Shown here: positions 31,348 to 42,105 of the stretch, piece by piece
Layout of the letters: every line of letters begins with the position of its first letter
Position numbering within the stretch: position 1 is the first letter of the stretch
Assembly: GCA_963740315.1 (NCBI GenBank)
Contig: CAVUDP010000001.1
Coordinates: forward strand, 32,001-96,000
Source of the DNA: an uncultured cyanobacterium
GTDB taxonomy: Bacteria; Cyanobacteriota; Cyanobacteriia; Cyanobacteriales; Nostocaceae
Direction of reading: 5' to 3'
DNA length: 64,000 bases
The notes under the pieces: model-generated
The model's input: the letters and a program-made list of their open reading frames with translations, nothing else
Databases searched by the model: none
Told to the model about the DNA's origin: nothing
Position numbers and translations under genes: made by a program

Positions 31348-33018
31348 TCAGAGCGGGTTTTCTACTATCTTCTGCTTGCGTTTCTTTTTGGTAGATATTT
31401 CCGCTTCCTGCACCTGTTGATTTTGTTCCTCTTTGAGTCTCTCTAGCTTGTCTATTTCTGGCAATTTGAAAAGCACCCCTGCGAAAAACCAGTAATAAAC
31501 AGCAACCGGATCGACATCTAAAGGATAGTAATAGGTGTTATAACTTATAAACAATATAAACACCCATAAAGCTGCTCCGTAACCACGGAAATTACGGTTT
31601 TTTACTTTACGGTAAGTTTTAAAGCCACAAATTGTTAAGGTGGTGACTAAACCTAAAAATCCTAATACTCCCAAAATTCCCACTTCATACATGACTTTGG
31701 GATAGTAGGTTTCCACTAATTTAGTTGGTCCCATTATCCTTGCGGAGTTAGTAGCCTTCCCTAAACCATTTCCAAACGGGTTTTTGGTATTGCTAGCAAC
31801 TTCTTCAAATTGCTGAGTGATAAATTCATAGGGTGGTGAAGCATTCCAACGGCTGATAAAGCTATCAAGTCTTTCCTGTCCGATCGCGGGATTGCTGGCG
31901 ATCGCAATTGTCAAAACCAAAACTAGTCCCCCGAAGATCGGAACGAACCGTTTAAGGTTGGCTAATTGACCTGTAAGCAATAGTAACAATACGAGGCAAG
32001 TAGGTACTAAGGCTAAGGCAATTCTTTGTCCGGAAATCACAGCATTAACAAATACTGTTGCTAAAGAAAGCAAACCAACTATCCTCCACTTAGCATCCGG
32101 ATCGCTAAAGCCGGTACCGAAGGTAAAAAAAGTACTGGAAATTAAAAACCACGCCCATTGCCAAGGTGCTACAAAGGTACCCGGTAGCCTAATCATCCCT
32201 TGACTGGGGCTGTAAACTAGCGAACCACCAATAAAACATCGGGCTGACAGTGTTGCTTTAAATAAATCTTGTCCTACAGCGTCACGAGTTCCTTCGCAGA
32301 TACCTACAACCAATAATGCATATTGAACAACTCCAAGCAAGCAGCAAACGAGTATTAAAACGACTTGGATGCGCGATACAAATAGAAAATCCTTTTTATT
32401 GCGAATTAAGTAATAAGCACAGGTCATTAAGGGTATATAACCAATAAATACTTTAAGCCCTAAAATCCCCATTCCCAGGGGTGTTCCTTTAGGTGGTGCT
32501 TTAAATAGCTCCGGAGGCGGTGGGTTGAATTGTTGGATTGCATTCACAAACAACAGCGTGCAAACACATAAGGTTAATAAAATAAATAATGGTTTTTTAA
32601 TATCTTTAGGAATAATAAAAGGTAAATTTTGCTGACGGCATTTTTGCCACAGCATTAGAACTGCGGGAAAATATAAGCCATCTTTAGCTAATTGAAGTAT
32701 GGCGTTACCACCGAGTAGATAGGTAACAGTACCTGCAAATGGTACGTAGAAAACAAACCCCAACAAAGCTTCGCGGGGGTATTTATAAGAAAGCGCTATT
32801 ACGATCGCAGCCACCGCAACAGGAAGTGCTAATTTGATTCCCGCAACAAAGAATACTGCAATACCTAAAACAAGACCTACTCCTCCGGCTTTGGAGAGTA
32901 GGCTGATAAGTTCTTTCTTAGCTCTTGTTGCCTTGCGTTTCTGTGCTAGCCTCTCTTTGAGAGTCAGGGTAGGCTTTTCTTTTTTTGACTGCTTTTTTTT
33001 ACCCTTGGATTTGAGCAT
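31348..33018 (-). CDS. hpsL: HpsL-like polytopic membrane protein (O-antigen ligase/Wzy-like polymerase)
   Basis: Lys-rich N-terminus, many TM helices, RLPGTFVAPWQW, PFGNGLG, ETYYPK; lies upstream of the hps glycosyltransferases. Confidence 0.75.
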   Translation of the reverse strand: MLKSKGKKKQSKKEKPTLTLKERLAQKRKATRAKKELISLLSKAGGVGLVLGIAVFFVAGIKLALPVAVAAIVIALSYKYPREALLGFVFYVPFAGTVTYLLGGNAILQLAKDGLYFPAVLMLWQKCRQQNLPFIIPKDIKKPLFILLTLCVCTLLFVNAIQQFNPPPPELFKAPPKGTPLGMGILGLKVFIGYIPLMTCAYYLIRNKKDFLFVSRIQVVLILVCCLLGVVQYALLVVGICEGTRDAVGQDLFKATLSARCFIGGSLVYSPSQGMIRLPGTFVAPWQWAWFLISSTFFTFGTGFSDPDAKWRIVGLLSLATVFVNAVISGQRIALALVPTCLVLLLLLTGQLANLKRFVPIFGGLVLVLTIAIASNPAIGQERLDSFISRWNASPPYEFITQQFEEVASNTKNPFGNGLGKATNSARIMGPTKLVETYYPKVMYEVGILGVLGFLGLVTTLTICGFKTYRKVKNRNFRGYGAALWVFILFISYNTYYYPLDVDPVAVYYWFFAGVLFKLPEIDKLERLKEEQNQQVQEAEISTKKKRKQKIVENPL

Positions 33019-33195
33019 ATTAAATTTAAGAATTTAGATTAGTCAATTAAAAATGGTTAGTAGGTACTAGTTAGTCGATAATAACCAATAACTAACATTT
33101 AATACATTCTTAGTGGACAGTAGTTAGTCGATAGTCGCTCGAAAAACAACCGTCCAAATATTAACTAATAACTACTAATCCAAATCTCAAATCCT

Positions 33196-34671
33196 TTATG
33201 CCGCCAAATTCTGCTGTACTACATCAACCAATTCTTTTGTCCAATAGTTAGTAAGATCGGCTGATTCGGCTTCCACCATGACTCGGATTAAAGGTTCGGT
33301 ACCAGAGGCGCGAACTAATACTCTACCAGCATCACCCATTGCTGTTTGGGCACGAGAAATAGCTTGCTCTATTGGCTGACAATCTTTCCAGCCTACGCGC
33401 TTTTCTCTATCTTCTACCCGCACGTTATGTAATAGTTGCGGATACGTTGTAAAGCTTCGATCCACCATTTCGGATAAAGGTACATTTGCCTGATGTACTA
33501 AAGCTGCTATATGCAAAGCTGTCAGCAAACCATCTCCAGTTATACCGTAGTGACGGCAGAGGATATGACCGGATTGTTCGCCTCCCAACATTCCACCAGC
33601 CCGGAACATTTCTGCTTGTACGTGTCTATCTCCAACATCAGTACGTGTAAATTTACCACCGATTTGCTTCCACGCTCTTTCAAAGCCTAAATTTGCCATG
33701 ACGGTAGAAACAATCAAATTATCCGGCAATTCTTGCTTTTGCTGTAAAGATTTTCCCCACAGATAAAGAATATAATCACCGTTAATTGCTCTTCCAGTAT
33801 TGTCTACTGCTAATACTCTGTCTGCATCACCATCAAATGCAAAACCCAAGTCGGCATTGTTTTCTTTGACAGCTGCTTGCAAAATACCTAAGTGAGTCGA
33901 ACCGCAATCAACATTAATGCGAGATCCATCTGCTTGGTTGTGTAGGGAAATGACTTCTGCACCCAATTCCTTAAATACAGATGGTGCTAAACCAACTGCT
34001 GCTCCCCATGCTAAATCTAAAACAACCTTCATTCCTTGAAGAAAAACATTCCCATGTAGCGGACCTTTTAATATCTGTGCATATTCCGATATTAACTCCG
34101 GACGCGAGTAATGCCGTCCGCAATCGGTAACACTAACCGCAGGCGATGCATTACCGCGCAATCCCGCTTCAATTTCTTTCTGCAATGCTTTAGATAGCTT
34201 AATACCATCAGCACCAAAAATTTTGATGCCGTTATCTTCTGGTGGATTATGGCTGGCAGAAATCATTATCCCACCTACGGCATCTGTAATGCTGCTCAGA
34301 TAAGCAACGCAAGGAGTAGGGCATAATCCTAGATACCATACCTCTAATCCTGCTGCTGTCAACCCCGCGCTCATTGCCATTGCCAGCATATCGCTGGAAT
34401 TTCGGGAATCCTGTCCGAGAATCACAGGACCGACTTTCTGATTGCGGCTACGCAATACAATACCCGTCCAAAAACCTACTTGCAATGCTAAAGGCGCACT
34501 CAGCAATCCGCCTACTTTTCCGCGAATACCATCGGTACCGAATAGAGGAGATTTTGGCAATACTAAGGAGTTCTGCATGAAACCATTTGCAGAAACTTTT
34601 TTCCATCCATTCGCATTACCAGCAGAATCCTCACGCAGACTACCGTGAGTTCGAGTTATAAATGATACCAT
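33196..34671 (-). CDS. glmM: Phosphoglucosamine mutase
   Basis: [42 protein letters not shown]. Confidence 0.95.
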   Translation of the reverse strand: MVSFITRTHGSLREDSAGNANGWKKVSANGFMQNSLVLPKSPLFGTDGIRGKVGGLLSAPLALQVGFWTGIVLRSRNQKVGPVILGQDSRNSSDMLAMAMSAGLTAAGLEVWYLGLCPTPCVAYLSSITDAVGGIMISASHNPPEDNGIKIFGADGIKLSKALQKEIEAGLRGNASPAVSVTDCGRHYSRPELISEYAQILKGPLHGNVFLQGMKVVLDLAWGAAVGLAPSVFKELGAEVISLHNQADGSRINVDCGSTHLGILQAAVKENNADLGFAFDGDADRVLAVDNTGRAINGDYILYLWGKSLQQKQELPDNLIVSTVMANLGFERAWKQIGGKFTRTDVGDRHVQAEMFRAGGMLGGEQSGHILCRHYGITGDGLLTALHIAALVHQANVPLSEMVDRSFTTYPQLLHNVRVEDREKRVGWKDCQPIEQAISRAQTAMGDAGRVLVRASGTEPLIRVMVEAESADLTNYWTKELVDVVQQNLAA

Positions 34672-35464
34672 AATTTTATTTCACTCCACACACTCACACA
34701 GGACAATAACACTTTATACCTGATTGAACAATTCCCGTAGAATACCTTTCCATCAGGACTTTTTGATCTGAAGATTTTATTTTTCTCTTTCTAAATTTAT
34801 TCTAATTTAAGTATCTTTGCTCAATAATACTTATGAATTCTATCAAGCAAATATGAAGATTTCGTCAAGTCAGTAATATCCCTGATGGCTTTAACAACTG
34901 ATTTAAAGCATTCTTAAAGCCAATTTAAAGTTCTTTTTACATTACTAATATAATTACCAAAAATTATGCTCTTAATATATTTAAAAGCTTATTCAAAGTA
35001 GAGGTAATACACAAATTATTTCTCACTTTTACAGCAGAATAAATACCAAGCATATTGTATAAACAGTTACTTCGATGGTTATAAAAATTTGATAATAAAT
35101 ACAAATCAAAATAATGCAGAACGAATTTTTGTAATAAAAATTAAAGCTTCTTAAAATTGGGATAAATTTTGTAATGTAAAAGACTTATTTAGCGTGCTTA
35201 AGAAATTTTAATAGAAATTATCATCAATTAGCTTTAATGTTACATTCTAGTAGTTGTTTTTAGTTACGAAGGAATGTGAACGAAGCAAGTAAATATAGAT
35301 GCGCTCAGCAGTGAATTGTTATAAGTGATTATTGTTAAAGAATATTATCTGATATATCGCCAATTCAAAGCTACTGGCTCGCTATAATTCCGCTTTCAAC
35401 CACTTAATTCAGACTTTGAACGATACAGCCTTTAGTTAACCTTTTTATTGTTGAGAAATTTAGT

Positions 35465-36187
35465 ATGAGTAGCGATTTAGCAACCAAATTACGTGTAGGC
35501 ACCAAAAAAGCCCACACAATGGCAGAAAACGTTGGTTTTGTTAAGTGCTTTTTAAAAGGAGTCGTTGAAAAAAATTCTTATCGTAAGTTAGTTGCTAACT
35601 TCTACTTTGCCTACACTGCGATGGAAGAAGAGTTGGAAAGACACGCTAACCACCCAGTTGTTTCCAAAATTGATTTTAAGGAACTCTACAGACAGCATAG
35701 TTTAGAACAAGACCTCACCTATTACTACGGTGCTAACTGGCGCGAACAAATCAAGCTATCGCCAGCGGGTGAAGCATACGTAAACCGCATCCGTGAAGTA
35801 TCGCAAAAAGAACCCGAATTATTAGTAGCGCATTCCTACACTCGTTACTTGGGTGATTTATCCGGCGGACAAATTTTGAAGAATATTGCTCAAACAGCAA
35901 TGAATCTCAATGAAGGAGAAGGTATTGCTTTCTACGAATTTGCCGAGATTGACGACGAAAAAGCATTTAAAGCAAAATACCGTCAAGCTTTAGATGAAAT
36001 GCCCATCGACGAAGCAACAGCAGATAGAATCGTTGATGAAGCCAATGCAGCTTTTGGCATGAACATGAAAATGTTCCAAGAGTTGGAAGGTAATTTAATT
36101 AAAGCGATCGGACAAATGTTGTTCAATACTCTTACTCGTCGTCGCAATCGCGGTAACAACGAAACTGGATTGGCAACCGCTGATTAA
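35465..36187 (+). CDS. ho1: Heme oxygenase (biliverdin-producing, ferredoxin-dependent)
   Basis: TKKAHTMAENVGFV, HSYTRYLGDLSGGQIL, EANAAFGMN. Confidence 0.93.
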   Translation: MSSDLATKLRVGTKKAHTMAENVGFVKCFLKGVVEKNSYRKLVANFYFAYTAMEEELERHANHPVVSKIDFKELYRQHSLEQDLTYYYGANWREQIKLSPAGEAYVNRIREVSQKEPELLVAHSYTRYLGDLSGGQILKNIAQTAMNLNEGEGIAFYEFAEIDDEKAFKAKYRQALDEMPIDEATADRIVDEANAAFGMNMKMFQELEGNLIKAIGQMLFNTLTRRRNRGNNETGLATAD

Positions 36188-36374
36188 GATTTATTAACTT
36201 AAAATAATTAACTTGTAGGGGCGATATTTTTATGATTATTTGTGTTAAGCATTGATAATTATAAGGATGTCACCCCTATTTGGTTTGAGGAAATGGTTCG
36301 TAGGTTGGGTTGAGGAACGAAGCCCAACATAATGCCGGAAATCTAAACAAATAATTTCAAATAAAACGACATAC

Positions 36375-36544
36375 AGCAAGCAAGATTAATATATAGCGAG
36401 CAAGATATAGGGGTTAAGGAACAAGATGTAAGGAATTAGCGAGCAAGATGTAAGGGTTAAGGAGCAAGATGTACCGTCTAGCGAACAAGATGTACCGTCT
36501 AGCGAGCAAGATGTAAGGTCTAGCGAGCAAGATGCTCGCACTAC
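36375..36544. repeat. Tandem ~21-bp degenerate array (AGCGAGCAAGATGT...) ending in a full REP arm
   Basis: About eight units; the last is agcgagcaagatgctcgcactac, the reverse complement of the REP at 47338. Confidence 0.85.
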
Positions 36545-36556
36545 GGTAATTTATCT

Positions 36557-37096
36557 TCATCGATTATAGATAATTAAATCGCTGCTAGTAGCCACGATAA
36601 ATGAGTTGCCTGTATAGGAAAAACCATATGCTCTTACGACGGTTTCTTGTCCGCTAATCTTGGTAAAATTATCTGGTCGATTCCAAGTCATACCGTAGAG
36701 ATCGGAACCCGGTTCCACTAGTAAAATCATTTCTTCTAGAAAATTAATAGTTACCAATTCTAAGCTCCAATCGTCTTCGGTAATTGTTGGTAAACCACCA
36801 CCGTCAAGACCAGCCATTCTAATAATTTTCCCATTTAAGCTACCAATACCTTCAGCTTCAAGATATTTATTTTCATAATAGTCTTCCCTGTCTCTTGCAG
36901 TTTTCTTACCAGTCGAACAATCAACTACACCTCGACCTTGATGGGATACGATTAATAAATTTTCTGTATCTCGATCGAAACCAACGGAACATAATCCACC
37001 AATTAAAATCGTGGTTTTATGCTGCCACGGTGACGGTGGTTTTTTGATTTCTAAACTTAGTAATTTTATTTTTAAAGGTTCTAGATGTTCGTACAT
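36557..37096 (-). CDS. Hypothetical protein (beta-rich)
   Basis: Long ORF with a likely ATG at 37096; GGL.SVGF, GRGV.DC.TG, AGLDGGGLP, RAYGFS.TG. Confidence 0.65.
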   Translation of the reverse strand: MYEHLEPLKIKLLSLEIKKPPSPWQHKTTILIGGLCSVGFDRDTENLLIVSHQGRGVVDCSTGKKTARDREDYYENKYLEAEGIGSLNGKIIRMAGLDGGGLPTITEDDWSLELVTINFLEEMILLVEPGSDLYGMTWNRPDNFTKISGQETVVRAYGFSYTGNSFIVATSSDLIIYNR

Positions 37097-37224
37097 ATCC
37101 CATGAGGAATAAAGTATATATTTATCAAAATAATTCTGTGTAAAAATCAAAAGGTAAATGTTAGGTTAAAGACGCAATTATTTGTCCGCCTTTAACCCAA
37201 CCTACAATATTTATATTTCACCAA

Positions 37225-37884
37225 TTACAAATTAACAAAATCCCAAATATTATCATCTAACTGCTGTAGAGATTGCAAAATCATATCGGCGATCGCAAAT
37301 TTTGGGTTATGATTTTCTGACATTTCGGGGATAGCGATACATTTCATTTGAGCGGATTTAGCGGCTAAAACTCCATTAAGGGAATCTTCTAAAGCCAAAC
37401 AATTTTGAGGAGATACCCCCAGTTTTTCAGCAGTGGTAAGATAAACACCGGGATGGGGTTTTCCCAAAGTTTCGCATTCAGCCGAATAAATTATTTCAAA
37501 AGTTTCAGTTAAATTTAATTTTTCTAAGGCAGCATTAATAATTTTAGACGATGAAGAAGAAGCTAAAGCTATTTTTACATCTTTAGTTTTGACATAAGCG
37601 ATCGCATCGTTAACACCAGCTAAAGCCTTACCCTCAGTACAAATTAGCTCAATCAATTTATTAACTATTGCTTCTTCAACTTCCAATTTCGATAAACTAT
37701 CCCAAGGATATTTTTTGTACCAATATTCCACAACTTCATCAATTCTCAGTCCTTTAGTTTGCAGGCACATAGAAGGAATGAGAATTATATCTACCTGTTT
37801 AAATATAGCTATTTCTGCCTGCTGCCACAACGGTTCGGAATCAATCAACAAACCATCCATATCGAAAATTACTGCTTCAATCAT
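37225..37884 (-). CDS. HAD-superfamily sugar phosphatase (HxpB/YniC-like)
   Basis: IFDMDGLLIDSEPLW, ASSS, GKPHPGVY, LEDSLNG. Confidence 0.9.
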   Translation of the reverse strand: MIEAVIFDMDGLLIDSEPLWQQAEIAIFKQVDIILIPSMCLQTKGLRIDEVVEYWYKKYPWDSLSKLEVEEAIVNKLIELICTEGKALAGVNDAIAYVKTKDVKIALASSSSSKIINAALEKLNLTETFEIIYSAECETLGKPHPGVYLTTAEKLGVSPQNCLALEDSLNGVLAAKSAQMKCIAIPEMSENHNPKFAIADMILQSLQQLDDNIWDFVNL

Positions 37885-38099
37885 AAAAATTGCGAATTGG
37901 GAATTGGGAATTGGGAATGGGTAAATTGTAGGGTGTGTGACGCTCACCTGAATTTTAAGGGTAAATAGTTAATTATGTTTAAGCGTCACGCACCAACAAG
38001 CAACTGTGATAATAATGAGTTTTGTTAATAAGGAATAGAAAATCAAGAATAAATCAAAACAATATTCAATAATCTACCAAAAAACCAGCTAAATCCCAA

Positions 38100-38912
38100 T
38101 CAATATTCATCAGAAGGATGTTTCCCGTGAAAAGCGTAAACGCTGTAACCATCACGGAATTTAATTGCAGGCTCTCCTTCACCATGAAGCCGGTTTTCTG
38201 TATCAAAAGATAATTTAAAAGCGCGATTACCTTCGGTAGAGCTTCGCTTAACGCACGAAATACAAACTTTCTCAAATTGAAATATAAAACCGCAATGCTG
38301 GATTAAATCTTGAACAACTTGCCATTTTTTCTTATCATGTCCCACTCCAAGAACTGATATGCAAAAATCGAACATACAGCCCCAGATTGCCCATTTTGCT
38401 GTTCTCGTAAGATTCATTCTTAAGTTTGAGCAATAGGTCAAGTCTATTCCATACTGGTGAAAATCATCTATTAACTGATTGTCGATGCAACTTGAAAGAC
38501 TATGGGGAAAATATGAAATTATCGGGTTATCTTCAGTCCAATAATGAGGAAAATCGGGATAATGAATTTTATTTCTCAATTTTGTAAAAAGATTCTTATC
38601 AAGCTGTTTTTCTATCTCATGCAAAAGATGATTTACCACTCTGTTAAGAAATTTTATATGAATATCGCGTCCTAAATAAGCTTTAAAGTTATCAATAGCA
38701 ATCATTTCCTGAATTGCTGCAAAAGGACTTTCATAAAACCAAATTTCGGGTTGGGGAAAATCGCTTACTGAATAAGCAGCTTTAATTACTGATGCAACTT
38801 TCTCTTCGTCTATAGGTTCGGTTGATAATTCAAACGATCGCCATTTTTCCCGATAGCTGGGAAGCATCGTTTGTTGTTCGTCGGAAATTTCGCTGATAAT
38901 ACGTTTCGGCAT
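38100..38912 (-). CDS. DUF6745-like domain protein
   Basis: C-terminal RLHGEGEPAIKFRDGYSVYAFHG and N-terminal LPSYREKW..STEPID. Confidence 0.7.
   Translation of the reverse strand: MPKRIISEISDEQQTMLPSYREKWRSFELSTEPIDEEKVASVIKAAYSVSDFPQPEIWFYESPFAAIQEMIAIDNFKAYLGRDIHIKFLNRVVNHLLHEIEKQLDKNLFTKLRNKIHYPDFPHYWTEDNPIISYFPHSLSSCIDNQLIDDFHQYGIDLTYCSNLRMNLTRTAKWAIWGCMFDFCISVLGVGHDKKKWQVVQDLIQHCGFIFQFEKVCISCVKRSSTEGNRAFKLSFDTENRLHGEGEPAIKFRDGYSVYAFHGKHPSDEY
38228..38251. mobile_element. 24-bp small dispersed repeat (SDR-like) inserted into a HIP1 site
   Basis: GCGAT|taccttcggtagagcttcgcttaa|CGC; removal restores GCGATCGC in frame. Confidence 0.75.
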
Positions 38913-39017
38913 CTTTTAAAGTGTTTTGCTATTTTATATACCCTTTCATCGTAAAATTATAAAGCCGATTTTCAATGCAAACGGTCAAAACACCGATATA
39001 TAAAACTTTTTACACGC

Positions 39018-40070
39018 ATGGCTGCAAAAATCCCCGTTACCGTGATCACAGGTTTTTTAGGTAGTGGAAAAACTACTTTAATTCGTAATTTACTACAAAA
39101 TAATCAAGGAAGACGCATCGCTGTTATAGTCAATGAATTTGGCGAACTCGGTATTGATGGGGAATTATTACAATCGTGTCAAGTTTGCCCGGAAGAGGAA
39201 GACAGCGATAATATTGGCAATAATATCTATGAGTTAACTAACGGTTGTCTTTGCTGTACGGTTCAAGAAGAGTTTTTACCGACGATGCAGCAGTTAATTA
39301 AACGACGAGACAGCATCGACTGCATTTTGATTGAAACTTCTGGTTTGGCTTTACCAAAACCTTTAGTAAAAGCTTTCCGCTGGCAGGAAATTCGCAACGC
39401 TGCTACAGTCGATTCCGTAATTACCGTGGTGGATAGTGAAGCGGTTGCTGCTGGAACTTTTGCTGGAGATTTAGAAGCTGTAGAGGCGCAACGGCAAGCA
39501 GATGATAGCTTAGAACATGAAACACCTTTACAAGAACTGTTTGAAGACCAGCTTGCTTGTGCAGATTTAGTAGTATTAAATAAAACCGATTTGGTGGATC
39601 GGGAAACCTTAGCTGAAGTCAGGAATTTAGTTAAGCAAGAATTACCTCGGATAGTGAAGATAATTGAAAGCGATCGCAGTGAAATCGATCCGTCTATATT
39701 ATTGGGTTTGCAAGCCGCAGTGGAAGACGATTTAGATAAACGTCCTTCCCATCATGACACGGAAGAAGAACACGAACACGATGATGAAATTACTTCTCAT
39801 CACGTAATTTTAAACCGCAGTTTTGACCCTGAAAAGTTGAAACAGCAGTTACAAACGTTGGTACAACAGCAAGAAATTTTTCGCGTCAAAGGCTTTGTTG
39901 CAGTACCCGATAAATCGATGCGTTTGGTAATGCAAGGTGTAGGAAATCGCTTTGAGCAATTTTACGATCGCCCTTGGAAACCTGAAGAAGCTAGACTTAC
40001 TCGTTTGGTTTTTATCGGTAAGGATTTGAAGTCTTCCGAACTAGAATCGCATTTGGAAGATTTGAATTAA
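39018..40070 (+). CDS. cobW: Cobalamin biosynthesis GTPase CobW (COG0523)
   Basis: TGFLGSGKTT, NEFGE, GCLCC, ETSGLA, LFEDQL, NKTD, His-rich stretch, RLVFIG. Confidence 0.92.
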   Translation: MAAKIPVTVITGFLGSGKTTLIRNLLQNNQGRRIAVIVNEFGELGIDGELLQSCQVCPEEEDSDNIGNNIYELTNGCLCCTVQEEFLPTMQQLIKRRDSIDCILIETSGLALPKPLVKAFRWQEIRNAATVDSVITVVDSEAVAAGTFAGDLEAVEAQRQADDSLEHETPLQELFEDQLACADLVVLNKTDLVDRETLAEVRNLVKQELPRIVKIIESDRSEIDPSILLGLQAAVEDDLDKRPSHHDTEEEHEHDDEITSHHVILNRSFDPEKLKQQLQTLVQQQEIFRVKGFVAVPDKSMRLVMQGVGNRFEQFYDRPWKPEEARLTRLVFIGKDLKSSELESHLEDLN

Positions 40071-40237
40071 GTAGCTTTAAATTAATCACTTATCAATCAA
40101 GTAAGAGAGACGTTGCACTGCAACGTCTCTACATAATTTATTTGTATGTAATTTATAATCCAAAATCTAAAACAAACAAAACGCATCCGTTGTTAAACGC
40201 ATCCGTTGTTAAAATCTAAAATCCTAAATAATAAAAT

Positions 40238-40260
40238 AAAAAAAGAGGGTTTCCCCTCTT
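40238..40260 (-). terminator. Intrinsic terminator downstream of rps1
   Basis: Minus strand reads aagagggg-aaa-ccctctt followed by a T run. Confidence 0.6.
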
Positions 40261-40312
40261 CAAAAATTTACTAAGCTTTAAACCGTTATAAGCGTCTACA
40301 ACGATAAATTCA

Positions 40313-41716
40313 TTATTCTTCGACAGCGACTGCAACTTCTTCTTGAGCTTCATTCTGTTCAGTTTCTGCTGGTGCTTCTTCTGTTTGAGCTTCAGTTTCT
40401 ACTGGTGCTTCTTCTGTTTGAGCTTCAGTTTCTGCTGGTGCTTCTTCTACAGTTGCTTCAGTTTCTACTGGTGCTTCTTCTGTTTGAGCTTCAGTTTCTG
40501 CTGGTGCTTCTTCTGTTTGAGCTTCAGTTTCTGCGGTTGCTTCTTCTACAGTTGCTTCAGTTTCTGCTGGTGCTTCTTCTACAGTTGCTTCAGTTTCTGC
40601 GGTTGCTTCTTCTGTTTGAACTTCAGTTTCTGCTGGTGCTTCTTCTGTTTGAACTTCAGTTTCTGCGGTTGCTTCTTCTACAATCGTTTCAGTTTCTGCG
40701 GTTGCTTCTTCTACAATCGTTTCAGTTTCTGCGGTTGCTTCTTCTGCTGGTGCTTCCTCTGCTGCTGCTGGTACTTCCTCTGCTGGAGCAGCTTCTGGAG
40801 TTATACCCTGTTCTTTGGCTAACAACTGCTCGCGGAATTTAGCAGCCATTTCTTCTGCTTTCTCAAATACCGCATCCCGATTCTTGATCATGTCGCCTGG
40901 TTCGGGTTCAAGCTGCTTGGTAGAAAGTGAAATCCTACCTCTTTCCGCATCCAAGTCAATAATCATTACTTTCAATTCATCATTGACATTGAACACGCTG
41001 TGTGGTGTATCAATATGTTCGTGAGAAATCTCGGAAATGTGTAGCAAACCGCTGACACCGCCAATATCGATAAAGGCACCGTAAGGCTTGATTCCGCGAA
41101 CCGTACCAATTACAACTTCGCCTACTTCCAAGCGGTTCATCTTGCGCTCAACAAGTGCCCGACGGTGAGATAATACAAGCCGGTTGCGCTCTTCGTCTAC
41201 TTCTAAGAATTTTAATGGTAAATCTTCGCCCACCAAATCTTCTTTTGGTTTACGAGTACTTATGTGAGAACCCGGAATAAAGCCACGCAATCCCTCAATC
41301 CGTACTAATGCTCCACCACGGTTAGTTGCGAATACGCCCGAACGCACTGTAGCATCCTCTGTTTGTAGCTGACGTACCCGTTCCCAAGCCCGCATATACT
41401 CGATGCGGCGAATCGAAAGCGTTAACTGCCCTTCTTCATTCTCGTCGCTAAGAATGTAAAATTCCCGCGTTTCGTTAGATTGTAATACTTCTTCCGGGTT
41501 ATCCACCCGGTTAATTGACATTTCTTGTATAGGTATATATGCCGCAGTTTTAGCACCAATGTCAATCAGAGCGCCGCGCGGTTCTAAACTAAAAACTGTA
41601 CCTGGGACTACATCCCCTGGGCTGAAGTGATAATCGTACTTATCAAGTAAAGCCGCAAAATCGTCGTGGGTAAACCCTATATCACTATTGGTTGCTTTCT
41701 GATTGACATTTACCAT
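40313..41716 (-). CDS. rpsA: 30S ribosomal protein S1 with long acidic repeat tail
   Basis: Three S1 domains (GALIDIGAK, GLRGFIPGSH, YGAFIDIGGVSGLLHISEIS); downstream of psbB-psbT. Confidence 0.93.
   Translation of the reverse strand: MVNVNQKATNSDIGFTHDDFAALLDKYDYHFSPGDVVPGTVFSLEPRGALIDIGAKTAAYIPIQEMSINRVDNPEEVLQSNETREFYILSDENEEGQLTLSIRRIEYMRAWERVRQLQTEDATVRSGVFATNRGGALVRIEGLRGFIPGSHISTRKPKEDLVGEDLPLKFLEVDEERNRLVLSHRRALVERKMNRLEVGEVVIGTVRGIKPYGAFIDIGGVSGLLHISEISHEHIDTPHSVFNVNDELKVMIIDLDAERGRISLSTKQLEPEPGDMIKNRDAVFEKAEEMAAKFREQLLAKEQGITPEAAPAEEVPAAAEEAPAEEATAETETIVEEATAETETIVEEATAETEVQTEEAPAETEVQTEEATAETEATVEEAPAETEATVEEATAETEAQTEEAPAETEAQTEEAPVETEATVEEAPAETEAQTEEAPVETEAQTEEAPAETEQNEAQEEVAVAVEE
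40350..40745 (-). repeat. 33-bp tandem coding repeats (EEAPAETEAQT-type)
   Basis: About twelve 11-aa units in the S1 C-terminus. Confidence 0.9.
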
Positions 41717-41916
41717 GCTTTATGTTTCCTGGTTTTATTCTCCGTAAAATTTTTGCCTCCTAGCGATGTATATCCAATCGCTTTGTTTTGGGAGTCCATA
41801 CCTATATCCAATATTATCCTAGCGCAGAAAAGCCGATTAAAACACACATCAACTTCCAGATTATAGATTATATCAAATATTAATACTCTGTGGAGTGTTA
41901 ATAGTCAATAAATTTT

Positions 41917-42105
41917 GGAGGGGAAGAGGGGGAGAGGGGGAGATGGGGTTCGGGGGAGAGGGGGAGAGGGGGAGATGGGGTTCGGGGGAGAGGGGGAGAG
42001 GGGGAGATGGGGAGAGGGGGAAGAGGGGGAAGAAATTATTTTTAACTGCTAACTCCTAACTCCTCACTCCTAACTCCTCACTCCTAACTCCTCACTCCTC
42101 ACTCC
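41917..42105. repeat. G-rich and heptamer STRR arrays between psbT and rps1
   Basis: GGGGGAGA/GGGGTTCG units followed by CTCCTAA/CTCCTCA units. Confidence 0.88.

Noticed and set aside
35057..35070. GTA-N8-TAC upstream of heme oxygenase
   Set aside because: Minimal match in very AT-rich DNA with no properly spaced -10 box; likely chance.
36375..36544. Possible CRISPR or mini-array
   Set aside because: The period is only ~21 bp and the variable parts are too short and mutually similar.
38913..39017. Cobalamin riboswitch upstream of cobW
   Set aside because: The interval is only ~100 bp, AT-rich and lacks B12-box motifs.
40343..40842. Plus-strand ORFs of 159 and 156 aa (Phe/Cys- or Leu-rich)
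   Set aside because: Antisense shadows of the S1 repeat tail.
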